A stretch of DNA of 64,000 nt from positions 255,492-319,491 of the forward strand of contig JAZJZK010000007.1 of assembly GCA_040389905.1 (NCBI GenBank), given 5' to 3'. This document shows positions 9,748 to 18,975 of this stretch, piece after piece. The notes below the pieces were generated by a model, which made no database searches, was not told the DNA's origin, and saw only the letters and a list, made by a program, of their open reading frames with translations. Position 1 is the first letter of the stretch. Each line of letters begins with the position of its first letter. This stretch comes from Gemmatimonadota bacterium (GTDB taxonomy: Bacteria; Gemmatimonadota; Gemmatimonadetes; Gemmatimonadales; Gemmatimonadaceae). The position numbers and the translations under genes were made by a program.

Positions 9748-10296
9748 ATGTCCGAAGAACAGAATCTCGAAGCAGACGAAGTCCCCGAGCTCGAAGAGGA
9801 GCAGGTGGAGCAGGCCGCGCAGGTTGACCACGTGCAACCCGCCGCAGCCGAAGACCCGCCAGTGACAGACGAGCAGCGCGACAAGTACCTCCGTCTCGCT
9901 GCCGAATACGACAACTACCGGCGCCGGACAGTCAAAGAGCGGCAGGAAGCGCATCTCCGCGGTCAGGCTGACATGCTCAAGGGCCTCATCGACCCACTCG
10001 ATGACATCGGCCGCTTCGCGCACGTCGATCCCGCGACGACCGATTCCCAGACGCTTGTCGACGGCGTGGCCATGGTCGAGAAGAAGCTCGCCAAGACGCT
10101 CGCTGGCCATGGTCTCGAGATCGTCAATCCGCTCGACCATCCCTTCGACCCGGCGCTCCACGAGGCCGTGATGACCGAGCCCGCCGGCTCGGAAGAAGAA
10201 GATCACCTGGTCGCTCGCGTGTTCCAAGTCGGCTACGTGTTCAACGGACAGTTGCTGCGTCCGGCGCGCGTAGTCGTGAAGCAATGGAACGGTTGA
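9748..10296 (+). CDS. grpE: Nucleotide exchange factor GrpE
   Basis: '[14 protein letters not shown]', 'FDPALHEAV', '[16 protein letters not shown]'. Confidence 0.97.
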   Translation: MSEEQNLEADEVPELEEEQVEQAAQVDHVQPAAAEDPPVTDEQRDKYLRLAAEYDNYRRRTVKERQEAHLRGQADMLKGLIDPLDDIGRFAHVDPATTDSQTLVDGVAMVEKKLAKTLAGHGLEIVNPLDHPFDPALHEAVMTEPAGSEEEDHLVARVFQVGYVFNGQLLRPARVVVKQWNG

Positions 10297-10312
10297 CTAC
10301 GTAGTGCCTGCC

Positions 10313-11458
10313 ATGGGCAGTCAAGACTACTACGCCGTACTCGGCGTTCCTGCGAGCGCGTCGCAGGACGAGATCAAGAAGCAGTATCGCAAACTCGCGG
10401 CGAAGCACCACCCGGACAAGAATCCGAACGACCCCAAGGCCGCCGACGTCTTCAAGGGGATTTCCGAGGCGTACCAAACGCTCGGTGATGCTGACAAGCG
10501 CAAGCAGTACGACGAAATGCGCAGGCTTGGCGCGTTCGGAGGGTTCGGTGGTGGCGGAGGCCGCGCGGGAGGTCAGCAAGGCCGCCCTGGCGCGCAGTAC
10601 GGTTATCCGCCGCCGGGCTCCACGGGCAACATCCGCATGGAAGATTTCGACATCGGCGGCCTCGGCGGCCTTGGCGACATCTTCAGTTCGATGTTTGGCG
10701 GCGGCGCTGCGAAGACGGGCGCAGGCAAAACACGCGGCCCGCAACGCGGCAACGATATCGAATCGACGTTGGACGTTGCTTTCCGCACGGCGGTGCTGGG
10801 CGGCAAGGTCGGCGTCGAGCTCGACCTGAACGAAGAATGCGGCACCTGCCACGGCAACGGCGCCGCACCGGGCGCGAAGATGGTGACGTGCACCGAGTGC
10901 AATGGTCGCGGAACCATCAGCTTCGGGCAGGGCGGCTTTGCGGTTCAGCGGCCGTGCCCCGTTTGCCTCGGTCGGGGTCAGACCCCAACGGAACGGTGTC
11001 CGACCTGCGCCGGTGCCGGTGAAGTCCGCACCCGCAAGAAGGTGCAGATCACGGTGCCCACCGGTGTCGACACCGGCACGAAGATCAGGCTCAAGGGGCA
11101 GGGCGCGAAAGGCATCAAGGGCGGCCAGGCCGGCGACCTGCTCATCACGTTTCACGTGAGCCCAGACAAGTTCTACAAGCGCGAGGGCCTCGATTTGATC
11201 GCGCCCGTTCCCCTCAGCATCGTCGATGCGACGCTGGGCAAGACCGTCAACGTGAAATCGGTGGACGGAACCAAAGTCTCGATCAAGATTCCGCCAGGTA
11301 CGCAGAACGGAAAACGCTTCCGCGTGCGTGGGCAGGGCATCGAGAAGGATGGTTCACGCGGCGACCTGATCATGCAGGCGGACGTGAAAGTCCCGGAGAA
11401 GCTGACGCCCGAGCAGGAAGAGGCGCTGAAGGTCTTTGCCGAGGCGATGAAGAAGTAG
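10313..11458 (+). CDS. dnaJ: Chaperone DnaJ
   Basis: J domain with HPD, G/F-rich region, four CxxCxGxG repeats. Confidence 0.97.
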   Translation: MGSQDYYAVLGVPASASQDEIKKQYRKLAAKHHPDKNPNDPKAADVFKGISEAYQTLGDADKRKQYDEMRRLGAFGGFGGGGGRAGGQQGRPGAQYGYPPPGSTGNIRMEDFDIGGLGGLGDIFSSMFGGGAAKTGAGKTRGPQRGNDIESTLDVAFRTAVLGGKVGVELDLNEECGTCHGNGAAPGAKMVTCTECNGRGTISFGQGGFAVQRPCPVCLGRGQTPTERCPTCAGAGEVRTRKKVQITVPTGVDTGTKIRLKGQGAKGIKGGQAGDLLITFHVSPDKFYKREGLDLIAPVPLSIVDATLGKTVNVKSVDGTKVSIKIPPGTQNGKRFRVRGQGIEKDGSRGDLIMQADVKVPEKLTPEQEEALKVFAEAMKK

Positions 11459-11479
11459 AGGGGCTCGCTCGAAGCGCCT

Positions 11480-12571
11480 TTACGCCGCCAGAATCGGCAG
11501 TTCGCGCCGCGCGCGCTCGATCACGCCGCCGCCGAGCACCGTGTTTCCAGCATACATGACGACTGACTGCCCAGGCGTAATCGCCGACGCACCGTCGGCG
11601 AGCGCGATCTCCACCTCGTCCGCATCAATCCGAACGAGTGCGCCGCGCACCGGCCGAGCGCGATGACGAATCTGCACCTCGACCTCGTCTCCCACCGCGG
11701 GCGCATCCACCAGCCAGTTGATCTCGCGCGCCACCACACCGCGTCCAATCAACGCCTCGCGCGGTCCGATCACCACGTCGCGAGATGCGGGACGAATCTC
11801 CACCACGAACATCGGCTCGCGAAATCCGCCGGGCAAACCTCGGCGCTGGCCGACGGTAAAGCGTGCGAAGCCATCATGCTCGCCGAGCACCGCGCCGGAC
11901 ATCGAGACGAATGCTCCCGGCCGTAGTGACGGTGCATCCGCGCCGAGTGTTCGTGCGATGATCTTCGTGTGATCGCCGTCGGGAACGAAGCAGATATCCT
12001 GGCTCTCGGGCTTTTCCGCGATCAGTTCCAACCCGAGCGAATGCGCAACGGCGCGCGTCTCCGCCTTGGTCTGTGCGCCAACCGGCAGGATCATGCGCGA
12101 CAACACCGCCCGATTGATGCCCCAGAGGAAGTACGACTGGTCCTTCGCCGGATCGAGCCCGCGGTGCAGCACTGCATTTCGCACCTGGGCGTAGTGCCCC
12201 GTTGCGACCCAACGCGCGTCGATCCCGTCGGCCTTTCGCACCAGGTCGCGGAACTTGGTGAACGTGTTGCAGCGCACGCACGGAATGGGCGTCCGTCCCC
12301 GCGCGTATTCGTCCACGAAATCCTGCACCACGTCGCTCCCGAAGGCACTCTCGAGATTGAGCACGTAGTGCGGCACGCCGAGCTGCTCGCAGATGCGGCG
12401 CGCGTCGTTCACGCTGTCCAGGGAGCAGCAGGGCCGGTCGGGCAAATCTTCGCCGTGGCAGAACAGCTTCATCGTCGCGCCGACGACGTCATATCCCTGC
12501 TCGACGAGCAACGCCGCAGCGACAGACGAGTCCACGCCTCCACTCATCGCGACCAGCACACGCTCGCGCAT
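11480..12571 (-). CDS. mnmA: tRNA 2-thiouridine(34) synthase MnmA
   Basis: 'VAMSGGVDSSVAA', 'TP.PC.RCN', 'ATGHYA', 'KDQSYFL', 'ESQDICF', 'FTVGQRRG', 'ITPGQ'. Confidence 0.97.
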   Translation of the reverse strand: MRERVLVAMSGGVDSSVAAALLVEQGYDVVGATMKLFCHGEDLPDRPCCSLDSVNDARRICEQLGVPHYVLNLESAFGSDVVQDFVDEYARGRTPIPCVRCNTFTKFRDLVRKADGIDARWVATGHYAQVRNAVLHRGLDPAKDQSYFLWGINRAVLSRMILPVGAQTKAETRAVAHSLGLELIAEKPESQDICFVPDGDHTKIIARTLGADAPSLRPGAFVSMSGAVLGEHDGFARFTVGQRRGLPGGFREPMFVVEIRPASRDVVIGPREALIGRGVVAREINWLVDAPAVGDEVEVQIRHRARPVRGALVRIDADEVEIALADGASAITPGQSVVMYAGNTVLGGGVIERARRELPILAA

Positions 12572-12578
12572 CAGGTAA

Positions 12579-13736
12579 TCACGCCGTCGCGAGACGGCGC
12601 GCCTTCTCCACGAGCATGGGGAACACTTCTCCCACCCGCTCGACGCACGCATCGGTGTTCATGCATCCGAGGCTCATCCGAATCGCGGACGAGGCCAGGT
12701 CTGCCGGGACGCCGATGGCCGCGAGCACGTGGGACGGCGTGATGCTCCCGCTCTGGCATGCCGAACCGGCGGAGCAGGCAATGCCGCGGAGGTCGAGCGC
12801 CATGAGCAATGACTCGCTGTCGGTGCCTGGCACGGAGACGTTCAGGATGTGCGGCGCGCGCGGCGCACCGCGTCCGTGGATAACCGCGTCCGGAATGCGC
12901 TCCAGCAATATCGATTCGAGCCGGTCGCGGAGTGTCTCGAGCGTCTTCCACTCATGCTCACGCTCGGCGACCGCGAGTTCGGCGGCACGCGCCAACCCGA
13001 CCGCCATCGCGACGTTCTCAGTGCCGGGGCGGCGGCCGCGGTCCTGCGCGCCGCCGAACATGAGCGGCTCGATCGGGGTGCCGCGCCGAACGTACAGTGC
13101 GCCGATTCCCTTCGGTGCTCCGATCTTGTGACCGGAGAGCGAGAGGACGTCGAACGGAGTCGTGCGTGCATTGATGTCGATCTTTCCAAAGGCCTGCACG
13201 GCGTCCGTGTGAAACACGACGCCGCGCGCCTTCGCTCGCTCCGCAAGCTCGGCGATTGGCTGGATGACGCCGATCTCGTTGTTGACCCACATCACCGAGC
13301 ACACGGCGACGTCATCTCGCACCAATTCATCGAACGATGCGCCATCGACCAGCCCGTCGCGCGTCATGGCGACGATGCGTTCGTCACCCCCCTCCTTCGC
13401 GATCTGATGGGCCGCCGCCAGAACTGCCTTGTGCTCGATCGGCGTGGTGACGACGCCTGGCCGTCCCTTTCCATGCTGCGCTCGCCAGACCCCAAGGAGC
13501 GCCATGTTGTCTGCTTCGGTACCACAGGAGGTGAAGATCACTTCGTCAGCGGATGCGCCTAGACATCGAGCGACCCGCTCGTGCGCCTCGTCGAGCGCGG
13601 TGCGCGCCTCGCGGCCCCACCGGTGCACGCTGGACGGGTTGCCGAAGCGTGGGCCGAAAAACGGCTGCATGGCTTCGAGCACCTCGTCGCGCACGGGCGT
13701 GGTGGCCGCGTGGTCGAGATAAATGGGGGCTGGCAT
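12579..13736 (-). CDS. iscS: Cysteine desulfurase (IscS/NifS family)
   Basis: 'YLDHAATTP', 'GNPSS.H', 'NNEIG', 'HTDAVQ', 'SGHK', 'SAGSAC'; adjacent to mnmA. Confidence 0.95.
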   Translation of the reverse strand: MPAPIYLDHAATTPVRDEVLEAMQPFFGPRFGNPSSVHRWGREARTALDEAHERVARCLGASADEVIFTSCGTEADNMALLGVWRAQHGKGRPGVVTTPIEHKAVLAAAHQIAKEGGDERIVAMTRDGLVDGASFDELVRDDVAVCSVMWVNNEIGVIQPIAELAERAKARGVVFHTDAVQAFGKIDINARTTPFDVLSLSGHKIGAPKGIGALYVRRGTPIEPLMFGGAQDRGRRPGTENVAMAVGLARAAELAVAEREHEWKTLETLRDRLESILLERIPDAVIHGRGAPRAPHILNVSVPGTDSESLLMALDLRGIACSAGSACQSGSITPSHVLAAIGVPADLASSAIRMSLGCMNTDACVERVGEVFPMLVEKARRLATA

Positions 13737-13765
13737 AGAGAGGAAAGATAATCAAATCGACAGCG

Positions 13766-14540
13766 AACCTACGTACTCAGTACCAAGTACAACCACATAC
13801 GTACCAAGTACCCGGACCCGGTACCCGGACTGGCACCCGAGCCAAAGAGAGCCATCGAACCTTCGGTGAGTGCGACGGGACACACGTACGAGGTACCTGG
13901 AACCGTGTACCCGGGACTGGCCCTCCAGCCAAGAGGAGCCATAGACAGCTCCTGCGCGCTACGACGTGATACCTCACGACAACCGGCCCAAGCAGGCCCC
14001 ATCGATACATTCGATGCCATCAAGCGGGTCGATGGCTCTCCTTGGGTTGAATGCCAATCAGGGTACCAGGTTCCGGGTACCTCGTACGTTTGTGGTTGTA
14101 CTGAGTACGTATGTACGTCAGTTCAGCCCCTTATGTCCCGTAGAACTTCGCGAAACCTACGTACTCAGTACCAAGTACAACCACATACGTACCAAGTACC
14201 CGGACCCGGTACCCGGACTGGCACCCGAGCCAAAGAGAGCCATCGAACCTTCGGTGAGTGCGACGGGACACACGTACGAGGTACCTGGAACCGTGTACCC
14301 GGACTGGCCCTCCTGCCAAGAGGAGCCATAGACAGCTCCTGCGCGCTACGACGTGATTTCTCACGACAACCAGCCCAAGCAGGCCCGATGGATGCATTCG
14401 ATGCCATCAAGCGGGTCGATGGCTCTTCTTGGGTTGAATGCCAATCAGGGTACCAGGTTCCGGGTACTTCGTACGTTTGTGGTTGTACTGAGTGCGTATG
14501 TACGTCAGTTCAGCCCCTTAAGTCCCGTAGAACTTCGCGC
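13766..14540. repeat. Tandem duplication (~388-bp unit x2) of the GTAC-rich element plus the 3' tip of kynA
   Basis: ACGTACTCAG at 13771 and 14159; about 12 differences between copies by manual comparison; each unit contains arm-arm-spacer-inverted arm. Confidence 0.95.
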
Positions 14541-15258
14541 GTACTTCCCAGAGTGCAGGAAAGAACTTCTGGTCGATCGTCTTCAGCAGGTATTTAGCCC
14601 CGAGCGTCCCACCCGTGCCCCCAGTCATCGGCCCGAGCACCCGCTCGACCAGCTGCACGTGACTGAAGCGCCACTGCGCGAACTGTTGTTCGTACTCGAG
14701 CAGCGATTCGGCGAGAAAGAAGAGCGTCGTCGGCCGCTCACCCACGTACAGCGATTCGAGCGTCGCGTCCGAGACGCGCAGCAGATCGAGGAAAAGCTCC
14801 TGCAGCGTCGGCCGGCCGAGCGCACGTTCGACGACGGCGGGGATCGGCCCATGCTCGGCGAGCACATGGAGAAAATGCGGGTCGCGCATGCCCGACACGG
14901 CCTCGATCGCGCGAAACTGCACGCTCTGTGAGCCGCTCGACGTGCCAAGGTGGCGGCGGAATTCCGCGAAGTGCTGCGGTGGCAGCGTCTCGAGCGCCGA
15001 AAGCTGCGCGGACACGATCCGCATCAGCGCATTGATGCGGCCCATTCGAAAAACGGCGAACTCCGCTTCACGAGCGACGAAGTGGTCGATCAACAGGTCG
15101 AGCTCGTGGAGGATCTCCTTGAACCACAGCTCACTCGCCTGGTGCACGACGATGAACAGGAGCTCATCGGGGTGCGGCGATCGCGTGCGCTGCAACTCGA
15201 GCAGTTCGTCGAGCGCGAGATACGATCCGTACGTGACGTCGCTGTGATCGTCGCTCAA
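14518..15258 (-). CDS. kynA: Tryptophan 2,3-dioxygenase
   Basis: 'YGSYL.LDELL', 'DELLFIVVHQASELWFK', 'FR..LG.SSG.QSVQFR', 'GTGGT.G..YL'. Confidence 0.93.
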   Translation of the reverse strand: MSDDHSDVTYGSYLALDELLELQRTRSPHPDELLFIVVHQASELWFKEILHELDLLIDHFVAREAEFAVFRMGRINALMRIVSAQLSALETLPPQHFAEFRRHLGTSSGSQSVQFRAIEAVSGMRDPHFLHVLAEHGPIPAVVERALGRPTLQELFLDLLRVSDATLESLYVGERPTTLFFLAESLLEYEQQFAQWRFSHVQLVERVLGPMTGGTGGTLGAKYLLKTIDQKFFPALWEVRAKFYGT

Positions 15259-15974
15259 AACGTTGCGACCTCGAGCGCGTTGATATCGTCCACGCGCATC
15301 ATTTCGGTGGTGTAGAAAGGTTCGCCGTAGCGCGTGCGGATGAGCGCCCCGTACGTCGCCGCATAGTGCCGGACCATGTCGTAGAGCGGCTCGCCGTTGG
15401 GATACACCTCACCGGCTTGCGTTTCGCCATCGAACTGCGACGCATAACACTTCACGGCCGCCAGCTTCTGCTCGAACTCGTCGCTGATGTCGACGACGAA
15501 TGTCGGCTTCACGAAGTCCTGCCGGTACGTCAGCGAATGCAGAATCTTGAGCGGCCGGTGCTTTGGCACATCCGGCGCGATCTTCTTGAGGCCAGCCACG
15601 AAGCACGCGTCGCGCACGAGCTGCGCGGTGATGCGATGATCCGGATGGCGGCCCTCGAGGGAAGGCGCGATCACCACGCGGGGCGCGAAGCGGCGAATGA
15701 CGCGGGCCAACGCCTCACGCGTCGCCGGCGTGTTCTCGACACCTGCATCCGGAAGCCCAAGTGTCTCTCGCGCGCTACAGCCAAGTACCGCGGCCGCGCG
15801 ATCGGCCTCCTCGCCGCGAAGCTGTGCGGAGCCGCGCGTGCCCAGCTCACCCTGCGTGAGGTCGAGAATGGCCGTTCGCTGGCCCCTTTTCACGGCCTTG
15901 ATCAGCGTGCCGCCACACGTGAGTTCGACGTCGTCTCGGTGTGCCGCAATGGCCAGGATGTCGACTGGGGTCAT
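15255..15974 (-). CDS. bshB1: Bacillithiol biosynthesis deacetylase BshB1 (PIG-L family)
   Basis: 'AHRDDVELTCGG', 'DLT.GELGTRG', 'RHPDH', 'FVVDIS', 'YGEPF'. Confidence 0.85.
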   Translation of the reverse strand: MTPVDILAIAAHRDDVELTCGGTLIKAVKRGQRTAILDLTQGELGTRGSAQLRGEEADRAAAVLGCSARETLGLPDAGVENTPATREALARVIRRFAPRVVIAPSLEGRHPDHRITAQLVRDACFVAGLKKIAPDVPKHRPLKILHSLTYRQDFVKPTFVVDISDEFEQKLAAVKCYASQFDGETQAGEVYPNGEPLYDMVRHYAATYGALIRTRYGEPFYTTEMMRVDDINALEVATF

Positions 15975-15993
15975 CGCGAGAATATAGCCGGAA

Positions 15994-16082
15994 TGTCACC
16001 CCGAGCGAGCAAAGCGAGTCGAGGGGTCTGCACCTCGCAAACAGCGGAACGTGCAGATCCCTCGACTTCGCTCGGGATGACA
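15994..16082. repeat. Inverted pair of REP family B
   Basis: TGTCACCCCGAGCGAG...GTCGAGGGGTCTGCAC / GTGCAGATCCCTCGACTTCGCTCGGGATGACA. Confidence 0.9.
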
Positions 16083-16104
16083 ACCCGGCATCCTTCCCCC
16101 TGTC

Positions 16105-17385
16105 CTACTCGTATCGCAGCGCCACCACTGGGTCCATCTTCGCCGCACGAATCGCCGGCAGCATGCCGAAGACGATTCCTGTGACGGCGCTGATGCCCAG
16201 CGACGCTGCCACCGTGCTCCACGACGTCGTCGCCGGGATCGATGGCCACGCCGTCCGCACGCCGATTGCCACGAGAATGCCGAGTACGAGCCCCACAGAC
16301 GCCCCGATTCCCGTCAGCGTCACCGCCTCGACGAGGAACTGCCAGAGGATCGTCCACTTGGTCGCGCCGAGTGCCTTGCGCACACCGATCTCACGCGTGC
16401 GTTCGGTGACGGAGATCATCATGATCGCAATCACGCCAATACCGCCGACGAGCAGCCCAACGGACGACAGCGCGAGCCCGACAACGAAGAACGTGCCGAA
16501 CAGCTGGTTATAGATCGACCAGAGCCTGTCCTGCGTGACGATGTCGAAGTTGCTCACCTGACTCGGCCGGAGGCCGCGGTGCCCGCGAAGTGTCGCCGTG
16601 ACATCGTCCACCGCTTCCTCGACGGTGACGCCGGTCATCGGCTTCACGATGAGGTTGTTGCCGCGCATGTACAGATTCAGGTGCCGGCGTGCTGCTTCGA
16701 AGGGCACGATCGCCTTGGGCGAGTCCCCCCCACCTGCCGACGTCGGCGTACCCATCGGGCTGGCGGTGTAGTGGTACAGACCAATGACGGAGAATTGCAC
16801 GTCATCCACCATGATGATCTTATCAATGGGGTCGGAGTCACCGAACAGGTTCTGCGCCAGCTTGTCGTTCACGAGGATGACCCGCGCTCCAGCGGCATTC
16901 TCCGATTCGCTGAAGTTCCGGCCCGGATAGATGTCGCCGCCGTCCACTTCCGTCCAGTTGGCGGTGTAGGCCTCCATGCCGGCATTCACAGTCTTGTCCT
17001 TGTACCTGAACTTCGCGCCGGTACCAACATGCGAGGTGACCGCGCGGATATTGGGTAGGCGCTGGATTGCGGCCACTTCTTCGAGCGTAATGGGCGGGTT
17101 GCGGCGCTCGGGGCAGGTCTCGACCGTGCCGTCGCACGAGTTGAATCCACCGATTGGCCTGCGGTAGACGAAGAACGACGTCGGGCCCGCGGCTTCGATG
17201 TCGCGACGGAACGATTCGTTGATGCCCTGCACGACGGATGACATGGCGACGACGACAAACACGCCGAGCGCGACGCCCATGATGGTGAGACCCGCGCGCA
17301 CTTTGTTGGCCCGCAACGCCTCGAGTGCGATGCCGACGCCCTCGAAAATCTGCGTGAACGGCGTCAGGATGGAGCGTATCGACAT
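16105..17385 (-). CDS. MacB/FtsX-type ABC permease, type B, pair 3
   Basis: 'NKVRAGLT..G', periplasmic domain with 'CDG....C', 'VGGIGVIAIMMISVTERTREIGVRKALGA', 'DPVVALRYE'. Confidence 0.95.
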   Translation of the reverse strand: MSIRSILTPFTQIFEGVGIALEALRANKVRAGLTIMGVALGVFVVVAMSSVVQGINESFRRDIEAAGPTSFFVYRRPIGGFNSCDGTVETCPERRNPPITLEEVAAIQRLPNIRAVTSHVGTGAKFRYKDKTVNAGMEAYTANWTEVDGGDIYPGRNFSESENAAGARVILVNDKLAQNLFGDSDPIDKIIMVDDVQFSVIGLYHYTASPMGTPTSAGGGDSPKAIVPFEAARRHLNLYMRGNNLIVKPMTGVTVEEAVDDVTATLRGHRGLRPSQVSNFDIVTQDRLWSIYNQLFGTFFVVGLALSSVGLLVGGIGVIAIMMISVTERTREIGVRKALGATKWTILWQFLVEAVTLTGIGASVGLVLGILVAIGVRTAWPSIPATTSWSTVAASLGISAVTGIVFGMLPAIRAAKMDPVVALRYE

Positions 17386-18623
17386 TATTCCTGCCTCAGC
17401 GCGTCAATAGGATCGAGCGACGCCGCTCGGCGCGCCGGATAGACCCCCGAAACGATTCCGACGACGGTGCCCAGCAGCGTTGCGACGACGAGCGACCACG
17501 GCGCAATTGCTGCGGGCAGTGGCGTATTCATCGCGATGACCTTGGCTCCGAGGATGCCGAGCGCGATCCCAAGAATGGCGCCGAGCGTGCTCAGTGTCGC
17601 CGCTTCCACGAGGAATTGGCGGAGGATGTCCTTTCGCCGCGCACCGAGCGCCTTCCGGATCCCGATCTCGCGCGTCCGCTCGGCAACGGCCACGAGCATG
17701 ATGTTCATGATGACCATGCCGCCCACGACGAGTCCGATGGCAGGAAGTGCCGTGCCGGCGATCGTCATGATCTCCTTGGTCTTCTGGAAGCTGGTGAGTG
17801 CAGACGCCGACGTTTCCATCACGAAGTTGTCCGGAACGGCCGGACGTAGTCCGCGATGGGCGCGCAGCACTTCCCGCACCGTCTCCATCGCATCGTTCAT
17901 CATGAGGTCGTTCGGCGCCTGCACCAGCAGTCCATCGATGTCACCGCGCGGGTTCGTAAGGCGGTGAAGGGGTGAGTTGAAGGGGGCGTACGCCGTCTTG
18001 TCGAGGGACTGGCCAAAGAGGCTGCCCTGATGCTCGATCACGCCGACGACGCTGTACGGAATTCCGCCGATCCGCAGTTCGCGGCCAATGGGGTTCAGTC
18101 CAGCGAAGAAGAACTTCGCGACCTCGTCACCGATGACGACGACCGTCGACCCGAGTTCCGCTTCCTGCTGCGAGAAAATACGGCCGCTGGAGAGGTCGTA
18201 CTTCTTGATCGTGAAGTAGTCGCCCTCGACTGCGTGCGCATCGATCTGCCGCGGGCGAGAGTAGACACTCGTCGCCCAGAGGGTTTCCTGGCTCTCGACA
18301 GCGTAACGCGTGCCGGAGGGCAGGGTGCTGCGAACGAGCGCCACATCCCGGTGAAACACCCGAGGACGCCGCTGCCACTCGCGCCACTCCTCCTCGGTCG
18401 TGTTGTCGCCGAACCAGGGGTAGCGCCGCAGGGTGAAGGTATTCGCCCCAAGCATGCGGCCCATGAAATCCTCTTCGACGTACTTGCTCATGCCCGTGAC
18501 GATCGACACCACGGCGATGAGGAACATCACGCCGATCATCACGCCGAGCAGGGTGAAGAAGCTCTTCAGCTTCTGCACGCGGATCTGCTGGAGCGCGAGC
18601 CAGACGGCCTCTGAGAATGGCAT
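17385..18623 (-). CDS. MacB/FtsX-type ABC permease, type A, pair 3
   Basis: 'MPFSEA...QKLKSFFTLLG', 'MNIMLVAVAERTREIGIRKALGA', 'DPIDALRQE'; true start 18623 (the ORF-track extension runs through REP DNA). Confidence 0.95.
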   Translation of the reverse strand: MPFSEAVWLALQQIRVQKLKSFFTLLGVMIGVMFLIAVVSIVTGMSKYVEEDFMGRMLGANTFTLRRYPWFGDNTTEEEWREWQRRPRVFHRDVALVRSTLPSGTRYAVESQETLWATSVYSRPRQIDAHAVEGDYFTIKKYDLSSGRIFSQQEAELGSTVVVIGDEVAKFFFAGLNPIGRELRIGGIPYSVVGVIEHQGSLFGQSLDKTAYAPFNSPLHRLTNPRGDIDGLLVQAPNDLMMNDAMETVREVLRAHRGLRPAVPDNFVMETSASALTSFQKTKEIMTIAGTALPAIGLVVGGMVIMNIMLVAVAERTREIGIRKALGARRKDILRQFLVEAATLSTLGAILGIALGILGAKVIAMNTPLPAAIAPWSLVVATLLGTVVGIVSGVYPARRAASLDPIDALRQE

Positions 18624-18655
18624 TTCCTGGTGGCTGGAGAGAGGTATCCGGGCTA

Positions 18656-18682
18656 TACGGGCGGGGCGGTCGGAAAGTGTCA
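18656..18682 (-). promoter_or_regulatory. ECF-sigma-like promoter TGACAC-N17-CGTA
   Basis: Exact spacing match to 5 other sites; 32 nt upstream of the permease start. Confidence 0.7.
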
Positions 18683-18713
18683 GCGCGCTGGTTTGGGCGC
18701 GCATCCGCACGGA

Positions 18714-18971
18714 TGCCATCCCGAGCGAAGTCGAGGGATCTGTACCTTCAGTCTGGGGTTTGTGGTGCAGACCCCTCGACTCGCTTCGCTCGCTCGGGGT
18801 GACAGCCGCGGGTGGTTCCACTTGTTTTGTCGCTCTGAGGTTGCACCGGAACATTGAACGCGGATTGAGCGAATTGAAGCGGATAAGTTCTGATTGAACA
18901 GCATTCTTGAAGTTGTTCTATCAGGTTTGATCCGCCTAAATCGGCTCAATCCGCGTTCAATGTGCCGGTGC
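18714..18971. repeat. Composite: REP-B inverted pair, truncated REP-A, family C element
   Basis: REP-B 18714-18803; GTTTTGTCGCTCTGAG at ~18824; family C 18843-18971. Confidence 0.9.
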
Positions 18972-18975
18972 GCCT

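Noticed and set aside
13769..14931. ORFs across the GTAC duplication (e.g. 13866-14597) and at 2507-2919
   Set aside because: Translations of palindromic repeat DNA on both strands, with no protein motifs or RBS.
18624..18854. N-terminal extension of the permease in the ORF track
   Set aside because: Runs through REP DNA and the promoter; paralogs start at MPF.
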